Position numbers and translations under genes: made by a program. Below, piece after piece: positions 8,430-18,020 of a DNA stretch of 64,000 nucleotides; position 1 is the first letter of the stretch; the number at the start of each line of letters is the position of its first letter. Source of the DNA: a virus; IMG/VR virus record IMGVR_UViG_3300037882_003336, positions 1 to 64,000 of that record. One strand, 5' to 3'. The notes beneath the pieces were generated by a model. The model was not told the origin of the DNA. It did not search any database and saw nothing but the letters and a program-made list of their open reading frames with translations.

Positions 8430-9074
8430 GTGGCGTCCAAGGAACTAGATGCGATTCACGCGGCTCGGAAACACTTCGCGTTGAAAACGAAGGTGTTGGA
8501 GGCATATGGCGGGAAATGCGAATGCGGCGTGGACGACTTGATTTTGCTGACCGTCGATCACGTGCTGGATGACGGACACGAGCACCGGAGGCAGCTGGGG
8601 AAGGGTGCAACTGGGTATGGACTGTACCGTGATCTTGTTAGGAACGGGTTTCCAGACATCGTGCAGTGCATGTGCTGGAACTGCCAAATCAGGAAGCTCC
8701 GGAAGATGCTGAGGCGTGAAGACGAGTCAACACTAACAAGGGCTGGGAGGTCGTTTCGGAAGTTGAAACGTGAAGTGATGGCGGCTTACGGAAATGTGTG
8801 TTCGATATGCGAAACAAACGACCTTAACGTAATGACCTTGGACCATACAAATGGCGGTGGAAAAGCTCATCGTCGAATTTCCACGCCAATTGCCTACATC
8901 CACGCCAGAAGAGACGGATTCCCTCCTGAATACAGGTTACTTTGTGCCAACTGCAACGCACGTGAGGGGTTCAAAAGACTGGTCCGGAAGTATGGCGACC
9001 TTTGGCCCAAACACAGAACCGCCGCACCCGTTCCCGAGTGCGGCGGCGAAACTGCGGCTGACTCGCTGGATTAG
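8430..9074 (+). CDS. Free-standing HNH-family endonuclease with two tandem domains
   Basis: Two copies of AYG..C..C...LT.DH...G..H...C.NC. Confidence 0.8.
   Translation: MASKELDAIHAARKHFALKTKVLEAYGGKCECGVDDLILLTVDHVLDDGHEHRRQLGKGATGYGLYRDLVRNGFPDIVQCMCWNCQIRKLRKMLRREDESTLTRAGRSFRKLKREVMAAYGNVCSICETNDLNVMTLDHTNGGGKAHRRISTPIAYIHARRDGFPPEYRLLCANCNAREGFKRLVRKYGDLWPKHRTAAPVPECGGETAADSLD
9019..9046 (-). terminator. Terminator after the major capsid gene
   Basis: Stem CCGCCGCAC/GTGCGGCGG followed by TTCTGTGTTT on the minus strand. Confidence 0.7.
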
Positions 9075-10519
9075 ACCTGCGAGAACTGGTTGCCGTAATT
9101 GGTGATCTTGGTCAGGGCGTACATGCCCGAATTGATCATCTTTTTCCCGTAGGAGCTTGCGAAGCCCTTGCGGCTGAAGAAGTCGTCGAGCGTGACGACA
9201 GGGGTCGAGAAGCTCAGGAGCCACGGGGCGAAGATCAGGCCAGCGCGCACCAGATCGTTGCCTTTGTAGCCCAGGAGACCTTCGTCAACCGGGAAGTGAG
9301 GATCGCTGTACACCTTGAGGTGACCGAGCTTGCCGAGGTAGGCAACCCCTTCGATTTCCGCGCTGTCGCCAGCGGGTTCGAAGTTCGGGAGCGATTCCAC
9401 GATGTTTTGAGCCGCCATGCCGCACATGTACCAGTTGGCACGGGCGCGGTTCGTCGCACGTTGGATGTAAGACGAGCCCTGGATGAGCGCGTCAACGTAC
9501 GAGTATTTGTGCTCGACGTATCCGACGTATTGACCGGCTGGCACGTCGTTATCCCACGTCACCATACCAGCGGTGGCTCCGGTACGGGCGGTCTCGATGA
9601 GTTCCCGATCGATGCTCCACTGCAGTTCGTTGGTGACGGCGGTGCTCAGCAGGTTCTCGGCGTTGACCGAGTGCAGGGCTTCCATGATCCGGGCCGATTC
9701 CATCGACCAACGGATGCGGTGTTTCCGCTCTTGGCAGATGATCTGCGAAGATTGGATTTCCACGTCCATCAGCTGGGCTTCGGTGTTGGTTTCCGGATTG
9801 TAGTTGTAGCTGGCCACCACAGGAACGGAGTTGCTGGTGGTGTTGAGCGCCACCGCACCGTTGTTGTAGTTGATCGATCCAACGGGGTTGTTGGAGCCGT
9901 CAACGATGACGCCGTTGCCGTTGTCGGTCACGAGGACCGGGGTGCCGGATGGGTCGAGGGTGATCGAAACCGAACCGGGGATGACGGGGAACCACGCCAG
10001 CGATGTCGAGGCGATGTCACCGGATACGTCGGTCGTACCGATCGACTCTTCGTGGACGGTGTTGGCACCGTCGTTCATGCGGTCAGCGTGACCGGTCCGG
10101 GCGTCCCACACCTTGGCACCAGCGGGGGTCGATCCCTTCGCCATGCCGGTGATGAAGTTCATGTAGAACACGAGACCCTGAGGACCGTCGAGCGGCTGGG
10201 TGGTGAACAAGTCTGCGGCGACGAGGTTTTCCGAGACGATCGACAGGACCGGGAAGGCCCATTTGTCGAAGGTGCCGACGTTCATCGACGTGGTCGCTTC
10301 GTTGAACTTGCTGAGGTCGGAAACGCGTTTCCGGTAGTTCTCCAGCATGGTGGCCATGAAGGCACGGCGATTTGGGTCAGTGACGCCATCGCAGTATTCC
10401 TTCCAGCCTTTGGCTTCCGACAGGCGACCGCCCTTGGCGAGTCCCATCGGGGTTTCCGAGAGAAGCAGGCCACGACGAATCGTTTCGGCGAGCTTGGTGG
10501 TGTCAATCGAGGAGTGCAT
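9071..10519 (-). CDS. Major capsid protein, T4 gp23-like
   Basis: A.MLEN, QPL.GPQGLVFYM, RWSME...ALH..NAE..L.....EL...IDRE, GYKG....AGLIFAP and KGF.S.YG; adjacent to the prohead protease gene. Confidence 0.95.
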   Translation of the reverse strand: MHSSIDTTKLAETIRRGLLLSETPMGLAKGGRLSEAKGWKEYCDGVTDPNRRAFMATMLENYRKRVSDLSKFNEATTSMNVGTFDKWAFPVLSIVSENLVAADLFTTQPLDGPQGLVFYMNFITGMAKGSTPAGAKVWDARTGHADRMNDGANTVHEESIGTTDVSGDIASTSLAWFPVIPGSVSITLDPSGTPVLVTDNGNGVIVDGSNNPVGSINYNNGAVALNTTSNSVPVVASYNYNPETNTEAQLMDVEIQSSQIICQERKHRIRWSMESARIMEALHSVNAENLLSTAVTNELQWSIDRELIETARTGATAGMVTWDNDVPAGQYVGYVEHKYSYVDALIQGSSYIQRATNRARANWYMCGMAAQNIVESLPNFEPAGDSAEIEGVAYLGKLGHLKVYSDPHFPVDEGLLGYKGNDLVRAGLIFAPWLLSFSTPVVTLDDFFSRKGFASSYGKKMINSGMYALTKITNYGNQFSQV

Positions 10520-10564
10520 TTGTAGAGATCTGGGTGTTGAACGTTGGTGTATTGGTGATCTCCG

Positions 10565-12703
10565 TTACAGCCTGCGGGCGCGACGCACCATCGACAGGGA
10601 TTCGTGGAGTGCCCCTTCTTCCGCCGTTGGCGGGGTACTGACGGGCGCTTTCGGTTGATCAGCCGCCTTGGGGGGCGTCTGGTTGCTGGATTCCTCCAGC
10701 TTACGCTTGTTGGTGGCTTCGACGTCCTCTTGAACGAGGGTCTTGACCTTGGCCTGGAACGCCTTGAACGACTTACACTCGGTGAGCGTGGCGGCGTGGG
10801 CTTTGTGGAAGGCTGGGTTGGTGGCTTCGAGCAGTTGCAGGCTCAAATCCTTCATGTCCTTGTTGTACATCTCGGCGAGATGCTTCGCGGCCTTTTCGTA
10901 TTCGGCGGTCTGTTCGGTCGCCTCGTTGATTTTGGCCTTGCGGGATTCGGTGACGTTCGTGCGAAGCTTCTCGTACCGACCGAGCAGGCGGGTCGCGGCG
11001 ACGTTGAGCTTTTTGTGCTCCAAGCGCAGGTTGCGGAGAGCCCGCTTGGCCTGAGCTTCGGTCATCGGAGGAAGCGGAGGCGCTTCGGCAGCGGCGGCGT
11101 CATCACCTTCGGCTGCACCACCACCAGCGGCGATGGCTTCATCGTCCAGGGTAGCAGCGAGTTCGGCGATTTCCGGGTCATCACCGCCCAGTTCGCGCAG
11201 CTTATCGGCGGCGGAAGTAAGGGTATCGGCGAGGGCGCTTGGCTCTTCTGGAGCAACGTCATCAACCGGAGGTGCAACGTCGGCTGGAGGTGCACCAGCG
11301 TCATCGGCGGCGGGTGGGAAGTCGGATTCGTTCAGCGCCTTGCGGAAGTCCTTGATAATCACTTGGACTTCTTCGTTGATAGCGCTCAGCGAAGGGTCTT
11401 CACCGAGAAGCCCTTGGGCTTCAACGGACAGCGTGTCGGATTCGCTCAGGGCTCCGGCACGAATGGCGAGGCTGGAACCCTTCACGGGGGTGGCAGCGAG
11501 ACGGAGTGCGCGGGTGCGGACCGCCGTCATTTCAGCGAGTTTGCTCATCTTCTTAGTAGGTGTTGGTGGTGGCGTTGATGGTGGGGTGGCGGGTTGATCA
11601 GGAGACTTTGCAGCCTCCGTGATCTGGCGGGGTTTGAACCCCTTCCCGCCAGACTTTTTCAGAGCAAGCTGGATGAGTTCGTGCTCAGCCAAGGCGCTAT
11701 TGCTCGCGAGGACTTCGGTCGTGGTGTCTCCTTCCACGAGTTTTCCGACAGTCCCAAAATCGTTGGATTCAACGGTCATGACGAGACCGGATTCAGTTTC
11801 AACGCGGTCGCCCTTGTCAAACGCTTCCATGAACGCTTGGACTGGGTGCGAAATCCGGAACCCGCCGAGTTCGACGGCAGCGCGGACGAACGTACAGTCT
11901 TTTTTGGACTCCGTAAATACCATGTGGGCGCGCTCCAAGGCGGCACGTTCGGTGAGGTCACCAGACACCAAGACTGGGACGGTATATTCGGCGTTGTCCT
12001 TGCGGTAGTGGACGATGACGCGGGCGGTTCCTTCGGGAAGCGGATGAGCCTCCTGAACCAGTTCCTTGCCATCCACGAGATCACGGATGGACTCCTGAAT
12101 GGAGCGACCGTCGACGACGTTTTCAACGAGCCGGGGAATGGCACGGGAGACGGACGGATTGTAAACCGCGTCCCAAGTGTCGAGTTCAAAGTCGTGCGAT
12201 TCAACGACCAAACCCTGTGGGGTCTTCATGACGGAGCCCGAACCGCGACTGGAAACGCCCCAGCGCAGCGAAGGGGTGAGCGCCTTCAGCACCTGACCGT
12301 GCGGAGTGTCGAAGATTTCCAATTTCCCCAAGATGTCACCTTCAATCAGATGGGCGGTGGGGTTGGGGTTGCGCTTGGATTCGTAAATCTCGCGCTCCGA
12401 TGCCTGACGGGCTTCAATGATCCGGTGGCTGACCAGGGATAGGCGGGTAATGCCGTCGTCCGGGTGTTCCAAATGTCCGCCGACCCGTGAGTCGCGAACT
12501 CGCTTGGTCCAGTCGGAGCTTTCTGAAAGGACACGGTCCCAAAGGGCTTTGGGATAGATCCGGCCATTTTGGTTGCGCTGGATGGAGTTTTGAAACACCC
12601 CTTCCATCACCATGTTTCCGTTCACCGTCTCTCTCGTGTCCTGCATAGGACGCGTCGGAGACTTCAGAGCGGCTTCTTTTTCAGTCAGGAGTTCGCGTGG
12701 CAT
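10565..12703 (-). CDS. Prohead protease (T4 gp21-like) fused to a scaffold/core region
   Basis: GVFQ....NQNGRIYP, GHLEHP, VSH, TPHG, GVSSRGSGS and WDAV.NPS; helical C-terminal region with many xxE(S/A) sites. Confidence 0.9.
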   Translation of the reverse strand: MPRELLTEKEAALKSPTRPMQDTRETVNGNMVMEGVFQNSIQRNQNGRIYPKALWDRVLSESSDWTKRVRDSRVGGHLEHPDDGITRLSLVSHRIIEARQASEREIYESKRNPNPTAHLIEGDILGKLEIFDTPHGQVLKALTPSLRWGVSSRGSGSVMKTPQGLVVESHDFELDTWDAVYNPSVSRAIPRLVENVVDGRSIQESIRDLVDGKELVQEAHPLPEGTARVIVHYRKDNAEYTVPVLVSGDLTERAALERAHMVFTESKKDCTFVRAAVELGGFRISHPVQAFMEAFDKGDRVETESGLVMTVESNDFGTVGKLVEGDTTTEVLASNSALAEHELIQLALKKSGGKGFKPRQITEAAKSPDQPATPPSTPPPTPTKKMSKLAEMTAVRTRALRLAATPVKGSSLAIRAGALSESDTLSVEAQGLLGEDPSLSAINEEVQVIIKDFRKALNESDFPPAADDAGAPPADVAPPVDDVAPEEPSALADTLTSAADKLRELGGDDPEIAELAATLDDEAIAAGGGAAEGDDAAAAEAPPLPPMTEAQAKRALRNLRLEHKKLNVAATRLLGRYEKLRTNVTESRKAKINEATEQTAEYEKAAKHLAEMYNKDMKDLSLQLLEATNPAFHKAHAATLTECKSFKAFQAKVKTLVQEDVEATNKRKLEESSNQTPPKAADQPKAPVSTPPTAEEGALHESLSMVRRARRL

Positions 12704-12874
12704 GCTATATGTCTTGTATGCGCAACAAGGCTGTCGTGGTATATAGCTAAGAGATTCGTCTTATGACCTTGTCAATCGCGTCTCCGGCTTAACCGTGTGG
12801 TTTTGAAAGGCACTTAGCGGTTAACCCCCAAGACCTGTCAACTAACACAACCACCACTACTGTCCATTTTACTT

Positions 12875-13213
12875 ATGAAACCAGACAAAAAGGCGATTCA
12901 AGACACGTGTGCAGTGTGCGACGGAGTATCGGATGGACTATGGCATCATTCCAACACTGATGAATACTTCCCATGTTGCACCAAGTGCGCCAAAGGTAGG
13001 GTTAGGCGCTGGATCGATGAGTGCTACGATTTGGTGAAGAAGTTCCCCATTGAGACCACGGGCAGCATCATCAAGGATCGTGTGATGGCGCTCACCCGGT
13101 CGATCTGGGAAAGTCGCATTGAAGACGGGGTGTGTCCGAATGGGTGCGCCAGACTAGAGACCGCCAGTGGTCATCAGGAATGCCCCAAATGCAAGTTCAA
13201 TACCGGAGACTAG
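12875..13213 (+). CDS. Hypothetical zinc-finger protein
   Basis: Several CxxC pairs. Confidence 0.6.
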   Translation: MKPDKKAIQDTCAVCDGVSDGLWHHSNTDEYFPCCTKCAKGRVRRWIDECYDLVKKFPIETTGSIIKDRVMALTRSIWESRIEDGVCPNGCARLETASGHQECPKCKFNTGD

Positions 13214-13539
13214 GCGGGCTCGTTCGGTGGCATCCGGTCTTTGACGATCGGAGCCTTCCAGCCTTCCTTGGGCGCTTGCTTGAGCACTGGTGGTGACATC
13301 ATCACAACGTCGTTCTCACCAAGCGTCACATAGCAGTGGTAAAAGTTGTAGACGTAATCCACGACTCTCTCCACCTTCAGTTTGGGGATTCCAAGCCGGA
13401 TGAGGTCGATGTGCAACCCCCTCCATACCACTTTAGCAGATTGCCCATCCGGATATGTGACGGTCAGGAAATCGGTCCTGGGAATCCGCGATAAAAGCAG
13501 CTGCCCCGGTTGAGGATTGGCTGGCTTAGTGAGCGCCAT
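13210..13539 (-). CDS. Hypothetical protein
   Basis: Operon packing. Confidence 0.6.
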   Translation of the reverse strand: MALTKPANPQPGQLLLSRIPRTDFLTVTYPDGQSAKVVWRGLHIDLIRLGIPKLKVERVVDYVYNFYHCYVTLGENDVVMMSPPVLKQAPKEGWKAPIVKDRMPPNEPA

Positions 13540-13540
13540 A

Positions 13541-14263
13541 CTAGGCAGTGACAAGCTCAAACAACCCGGTCAGCGCACGCGTCACCGCGATGTTGGTCGT
13601 CGGGATCGTGGCGTCAAAACGGCAGTAGTCAACGAATGCCATCGGGAATGGCAGCGGACCGTAGTAAACAGAAGTGAGCGGGCGAAGTGAAATTCCGGTC
13701 TTGCCGGAAAGTAGACTGGAGGTTGCCGGGATTTCGTTCATCGGCAACATCGCAGCCCGAGTCTCGTTAATCGAGTTGGCGATGAGCGCATTGACCAGAT
13801 GAACCACGGTCAACTTGGAGATCGGGTCGCTGAAGCGCTCCAGGGCGTCGCGATACGAGTTTCCGGTCTTCAGGTAGGATTGGAAACGGGAAGCTGCCGA
13901 ATGGTCAGCCTGCACGAGTTGCTGGTGCCAACGAATCGTGTTGGCACCCTTCATGTGGGTCTCTTGAAACCGCTTACCAAACGCATGATAAACAACCAAG
14001 TCGGCCCGCGTGATACCTTCCGGGTTTGATGCCCAGTTGAACGGGTAAATGGTAAGTTCCTTGTGGTCGCTGCGCCACAGATACGGGCGACGTCCAGCTT
14101 CGGGGGTCGAGCAAATCCGGACCTTGGAGACACCTTCGAGTGCCTTGTCCAGGTTGCGGAGCCTGATTCTATCGATGACGGCGGGAAGACAATCAGCGAC
14201 AGCGCGGAGCTTCGCTTGGTCCTTGTCGTCGCCGACCAGCTGGATTTTGAAAGGAAGAGCCAT
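13541..14263 (-). CDS. Hypothetical protein
   Basis: TAATG overlap with the upstream gene; start MALPFK. Confidence 0.65.
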   Translation of the reverse strand: MALPFKIQLVGDDKDQAKLRAVADCLPAVIDRIRLRNLDKALEGVSKVRICSTPEAGRRPYLWRSDHKELTIYPFNWASNPEGITRADLVVYHAFGKRFQETHMKGANTIRWHQQLVQADHSAASRFQSYLKTGNSYRDALERFSDPISKLTVVHLVNALIANSINETRAAMLPMNEIPATSSLLSGKTGISLRPLTSVYYGPLPFPMAFVDYCRFDATIPTTNIAVTRALTGLFELVTA

Positions 14264-15048
14264 TAAAAGAGGAAGCGGACGAATTGACCGGGAGCCGATG
14301 GCACCTCGCGCATCACCCCACGTTCGCACAGAACCCGTACCGCTATTTCAGTGATTTCGCGGGTGTTGTGGAACGATGGTTCGACGTACGCGTGGATTTC
14401 GTCGACGGTGGCACTGCAGAGGCGTTTGTCAGCCCCCACGAAGAAGTTCTCGACGAGGTGGACGATACTGGCTGGAACCGACTCACCCATTTGCCGAGCC
14501 ACGTTGGCATCACGGAGCTTCTCCACCTCTTCTGGGGTCAGAAGTGAATCATCGGGAGCGTCGATGATCTCAGGGTCCTGATCATCCTGATCGTTGACTA
14601 CTGAAGTCACCTTACCATCGCCATCACGGACCGCCACAATGGGAGTGGCTTCCCCGTCTTGCACCAGTACACCCTGGTCGCCCTTGTCGAGCGCACGGTT
14701 GATGTCCTCGGAAATCGGACGGAGTTCATTGAAGAACCTCCACTCGTTCAAGTCGAGATCGTCTTTGATTTCCGGCTCGACTTCCGTCACCGATCCATCG
14801 TCTTCGGTTTTCAGGATGCCCTGATGACTGGTGGGCTTGGTGCGGGCGGTGCTCGTCGGGATGCTCATGGAGGTCATCTCGGAAAGCCTGCCGGTGCGCA
14901 CAGGGCCAAGCGGCAGAACTTCCAGACCAACTGGAGCGGAGCGTTTGATGATACGGGCGCGGATACCTTCGGAAAGGGCTTCACGACCAAGCATGGCAAC
15001 GAGGCGCTTCTCAGAATACTTGCCACCGGGGATGTCTTTAAGCGTCAT
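14263..15048 (-). CDS. Hypothetical, possibly head-associated protein
   Basis: Acidic, with several LxE/xxES sites; near the head genes. Confidence 0.6.
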   Translation of the reverse strand: MTLKDIPGGKYSEKRLVAMLGREALSEGIRARIIKRSAPVGLEVLPLGPVRTGRLSEMTSMSIPTSTARTKPTSHQGILKTEDDGSVTEVEPEIKDDLDLNEWRFFNELRPISEDINRALDKGDQGVLVQDGEATPIVAVRDGDGKVTSVVNDQDDQDPEIIDAPDDSLLTPEEVEKLRDANVARQMGESVPASIVHLVENFFVGADKRLCSATVDEIHAYVEPSFHNTREITEIAVRVLCERGVMREVPSAPGQFVRFLF

Positions 15049-15683
15049 AGGTTGTTCAGTAGATCCTTGAAGGTCTTGTTGTCGGTTTTGGAGTTCATGG
15101 GCGCTGGCCCATCAGCTGGTGCGGGTTCGCCACCCCCTTCGGGTGCGGGTTCGCCTTCTGGTGCGGGTTCGCCTTCTGGTGCAGGAGATTCCTCGCCTTC
15201 CGGTGGTGCTTCCCCATCAACAACTGGCTCTTCCTTGGTTTCATCTGAAATGTTGCTGGATACTTGGGTCAGGCCATCACGGAGGGTATCCGCATAATCT
15301 TTGAGTTCCGTGCCGTCGGGGTGCGTGCTGAACAGGCCGTCGAGTGCGTCCACCAAGTTGGTGATGGCGACCTTCAACTGCCCTTCGTCCTTTTGTGCCT
15401 TGAGATCTGCCTCAGCACCCTCAAGACGACCAATGACACCCGACAAGAAAAGACGTTCTGGAGAGTCAGGTGGGAGACCTGCGACGGCGTTGTTTTGTGT
15501 CCGGAAGTATTCCAGAGCTGGGGACAGCACGTCAAGCGCTGGTTTGGTGTCCGCCGATTCGGAAAGCCCACGAACACGCTTTTCTTCCTCTTCTTGCTCC
15601 TTTTGGCGACGGCGGCGGGTCGCAATCAGGTATTGCTGAGCGCGGAACGGGTCCCGAAAAGGAATAGGTGGGCTTTTGATCAT
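15045..15683 (-). CDS. Hypothetical acidic protein with PEGEPA repeats (possible prohead core protein)
   Basis: LSES site; low-complexity Pro/Glu tail. Confidence 0.6.
   Translation of the reverse strand: MIKSPPIPFRDPFRAQQYLIATRRRRQKEQEEEEKRVRGLSESADTKPALDVLSPALEYFRTQNNAVAGLPPDSPERLFLSGVIGRLEGAEADLKAQKDEGQLKVAITNLVDALDGLFSTHPDGTELKDYADTLRDGLTQVSSNISDETKEEPVVDGEAPPEGEESPAPEGEPAPEGEPAPEGGGEPAPADGPAPMNSKTDNKTFKDLLNNL
15119..15200. repeat. Imperfect 18-bp coding repeat (PEGEPA)
   Basis: GGTGCGGGTTCGCC occurs three times. Confidence 0.75.
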
Positions 15684-16093
15684 GAACGCGAGGTGGCGGA
15701 TGGGAGAGCGGCGAAATTCTGATCCGACACGTGCCCCTTGAGGATGAAGCGTCCGGCGTTGGACACCGCAGACCGGGCAATGCGAATCGTGTTGTGAGTA
15801 GCTGGCAGACGGAATTCCAGCATGTAAAACCCACCTGGGGCAATGGTCACGTTTAGTTCGTGATTGACGCTGTTGGTTGGGGTCGAGAAGAACCCCGGAA
15901 TCCGCTGTGCGTAGGTGAAATCGAGCTTTACCGTGGTGTCCTGCGGATTGTAGACGCGGAGAGCGATTTGCACGGACCGGTTGGCCAAACCGTCCGCCCG
16001 ACCACGAGCTTGGGTGGGGATGAAGTAAATGTAGAGTCCGTCACCCACTTCGCGAGCTTCAGCTTGGTCTTCAAGTCGGATCATTGGAACCAT
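15680..16093 (-). CDS. Hypothetical beta-rich protein
   Basis: ORF with ATGA overlap to the next gene. Confidence 0.6.
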   Translation of the reverse strand: MVPMIRLEDQAEAREVGDGLYIYFIPTQARGRADGLANRSVQIALRVYNPQDTTVKLDFTYAQRIPGFFSTPTNSVNHELNVTIAPGGFYMLEFRLPATHNTIRIARSAVSNAGRFILKGHVSDQNFAALPSATSRS

Positions 16094-16108
16094 GTCGATA
16101 GCTAGTAA

Positions 16109-18016
16109 CTAGATTCCCCACTTAGCGGCGGCGCGAGCAAAGAGATCTTCCAAGGTAGCCGCTGATAGCGCCACTCCCCAAATTGCCACCTCTCCCATGT
16201 GGCCTTCGAAACCACTCCCGATCGAAAAAGTGCCAGATCCGGACGCCATGTTGTCGGAAAATGTCCCAGTAGCCACCGAAACCCCGTCCTGATAAACCAC
16301 CAAGTCGTTCCCGTTCCTCACCAAAAACCACACGGTCCACGTGGTGACATCGGCGATTGTATCGGTGACCCTACCACCACTCGCCACGTCACCACAATCC
16401 ACGTTCAGATCACCGGCAACGTACGGATAAAAGTTGAATTCTTCCACCCCGTTGTCAAACGAGTAGATTACACCAGCGCCCGCGTCCCGTTTTGCCACCA
16501 CCATGGCAGTAAAGTTGGTGGTAACTGCCCAAGTGCCGACGTTTTGGGATGCCAAATTCAGAATATCGGTTCCACCGAAGTATAAAGCACTAAGGCCATT
16601 CCGTTCGGCAACCTGCAGGGTGGGGCGGTCACCAACGGTGGGTTGGGTTGGAGATCTGGAGTTGCCGGAAAGATCGGTCCACGTTTCCACGGTGCTACCA
16701 TCGGAGCCGGTCAGCACAGATGCGTCCAACCACAATTCCAGCCCAACTGTGGCGGTCAACGCCAGAGGACCAACGTTGCAGAACAGCCCCATTTGGATGT
16801 CACCAGACGCGATAGACGCCGACGGGATTTTGGCCGACCCCTTTCCCGTATAGGCTCCACTGAACACGAACAGGTTGTTAGTCTCCGGGTGGGTCACCAC
16901 CTCACCAATTGGCAAATAAGAACCAGCGTTCCCGATGTTCGGAATCAGCGGGGAGCCATCTTGTATCACCACCGGATTCAGGGTGAGCGGTTTAGTAGTG
17001 CTTCTGGTCGCCGCTCGCTTACCGTACAGGTTGAACCCCACCATGTCGGTTTCCAGGTTCACATCCTCAAAGACCGGAATATCGAACCTTGCTAGTCCAC
17101 CGAGAGGACCACGAGCCGCTTTCACATCGAGCGGGGATGAAAGAGCGTCTACGAGAGTTGAAGCCCCAGATCCAACAGCTGTCCACCCGTCTGCTGTTTC
17201 GTTGGAAATCGCCACCCTTTCCCCATATGGTCTCCCAGCTGGAAATGCGGCATCATCGAACAGCACGTTGTCAATTTGATTAGCCGCATAAGCGTTGGTG
17301 GCGTTGTCGAATATGGGCGGACCGAAGTAGATGTACGGAGCGGACGCTAGTACGGTGGTAGCAACCGTGTTCTGCCCGGTGTAAGAAGCGGACTGCGCGA
17401 TGCCGTCCACCGATGCCTCTATGAGCCCGGTAGCCGCATCGAGTTTCACGTGCACCTTCAGGAAGTGCCACGTAAACGTGGTAACGTTAGTGATTGTGAT
17501 GGTGGCAACCTCTGTCGCCACGTTTCTGATCGACAGCACCACTGTCCAAAGCGGAGCCGCATAGGTGGTAGACTGAGCACGGATCGATACATCACCCCAT
17601 TTGAAGATTTGTGCGTAATCGGCGGTAGGCTCGTACGAAGAGGCCAGGTCGGAAGTAGGGAGACCAAACCTCATGTCCATCGTCATCCATACTTCCCCGC
17701 CTATTCCGAATACGCTTCTCACCATTGCCAGCTGTTGAGCCTTGGCGGTTACCCAGGATGCCCTGGTCGGGCTGGAGCCAGAGGTGTATGGGGACGCCCC
17801 CGCTGCCCCATAGCAACTGCTTTTAGGGCTCCTCCCACCCCTGAATACAGTGCTTGTAGAATTTGGGTGGCTGGGCGGGCCGGTAGATGCAGTGGCCGTT
17901 GCTACACCGTTGTTGTGATATACACCGATCGGTTTCAACCACGAAGCCCACGTGGTCGGAGCAGTAGTGTTGGCGTCCGTAGAGACGTCAAAGTCGATGA
18001 ACAGTTTTACAGCCAT
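16109..18016 (-). CDS. Putative tail fibre/appendage protein, paralog 3, with C-terminal LamG/ConA-like module
   Basis: N-terminal region shared with the two upstream genes; WLDAS...KWG module. Confidence 0.7.
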   Translation of the reverse strand: MAVKLFIDFDVSTDANTTAPTTWASWLKPIGVYHNNGVATATASTGPPSHPNSTSTVFRGGRSPKSSCYGAAGASPYTSGSSPTRASWVTAKAQQLAMVRSVFGIGGEVWMTMDMRFGLPTSDLASSYEPTADYAQIFKWGDVSIRAQSTTYAAPLWTVVLSIRNVATEVATITITNVTTFTWHFLKVHVKLDAATGLIEASVDGIAQSASYTGQNTVATTVLASAPYIYFGPPIFDNATNAYAANQIDNVLFDDAAFPAGRPYGERVAISNETADGWTAVGSGASTLVDALSSPLDVKAARGPLGGLARFDIPVFEDVNLETDMVGFNLYGKRAATRSTTKPLTLNPVVIQDGSPLIPNIGNAGSYLPIGEVVTHPETNNLFVFSGAYTGKGSAKIPSASIASGDIQMGLFCNVGPLALTATVGLELWLDASVLTGSDGSTVETWTDLSGNSRSPTQPTVGDRPTLQVAERNGLSALYFGGTDILNLASQNVGTWAVTTNFTAMVVAKRDAGAGVIYSFDNGVEEFNFYPYVAGDLNVDCGDVASGGRVTDTIADVTTWTVWFLVRNGNDLVVYQDGVSVATGTFSDNMASGSGTFSIGSGFEGHMGEVAIWGVALSAATLEDLFARAAAKWGI

Positions 18017-18020
18017 CCCC

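Noticed and set aside
9296-12442. Long plus-strand ORFs (409, 324 and 282 aa) and similar antisense ORFs elsewhere
   Set aside because: They are antisense shadows of GC-biased genes with clear minus-strand motifs.
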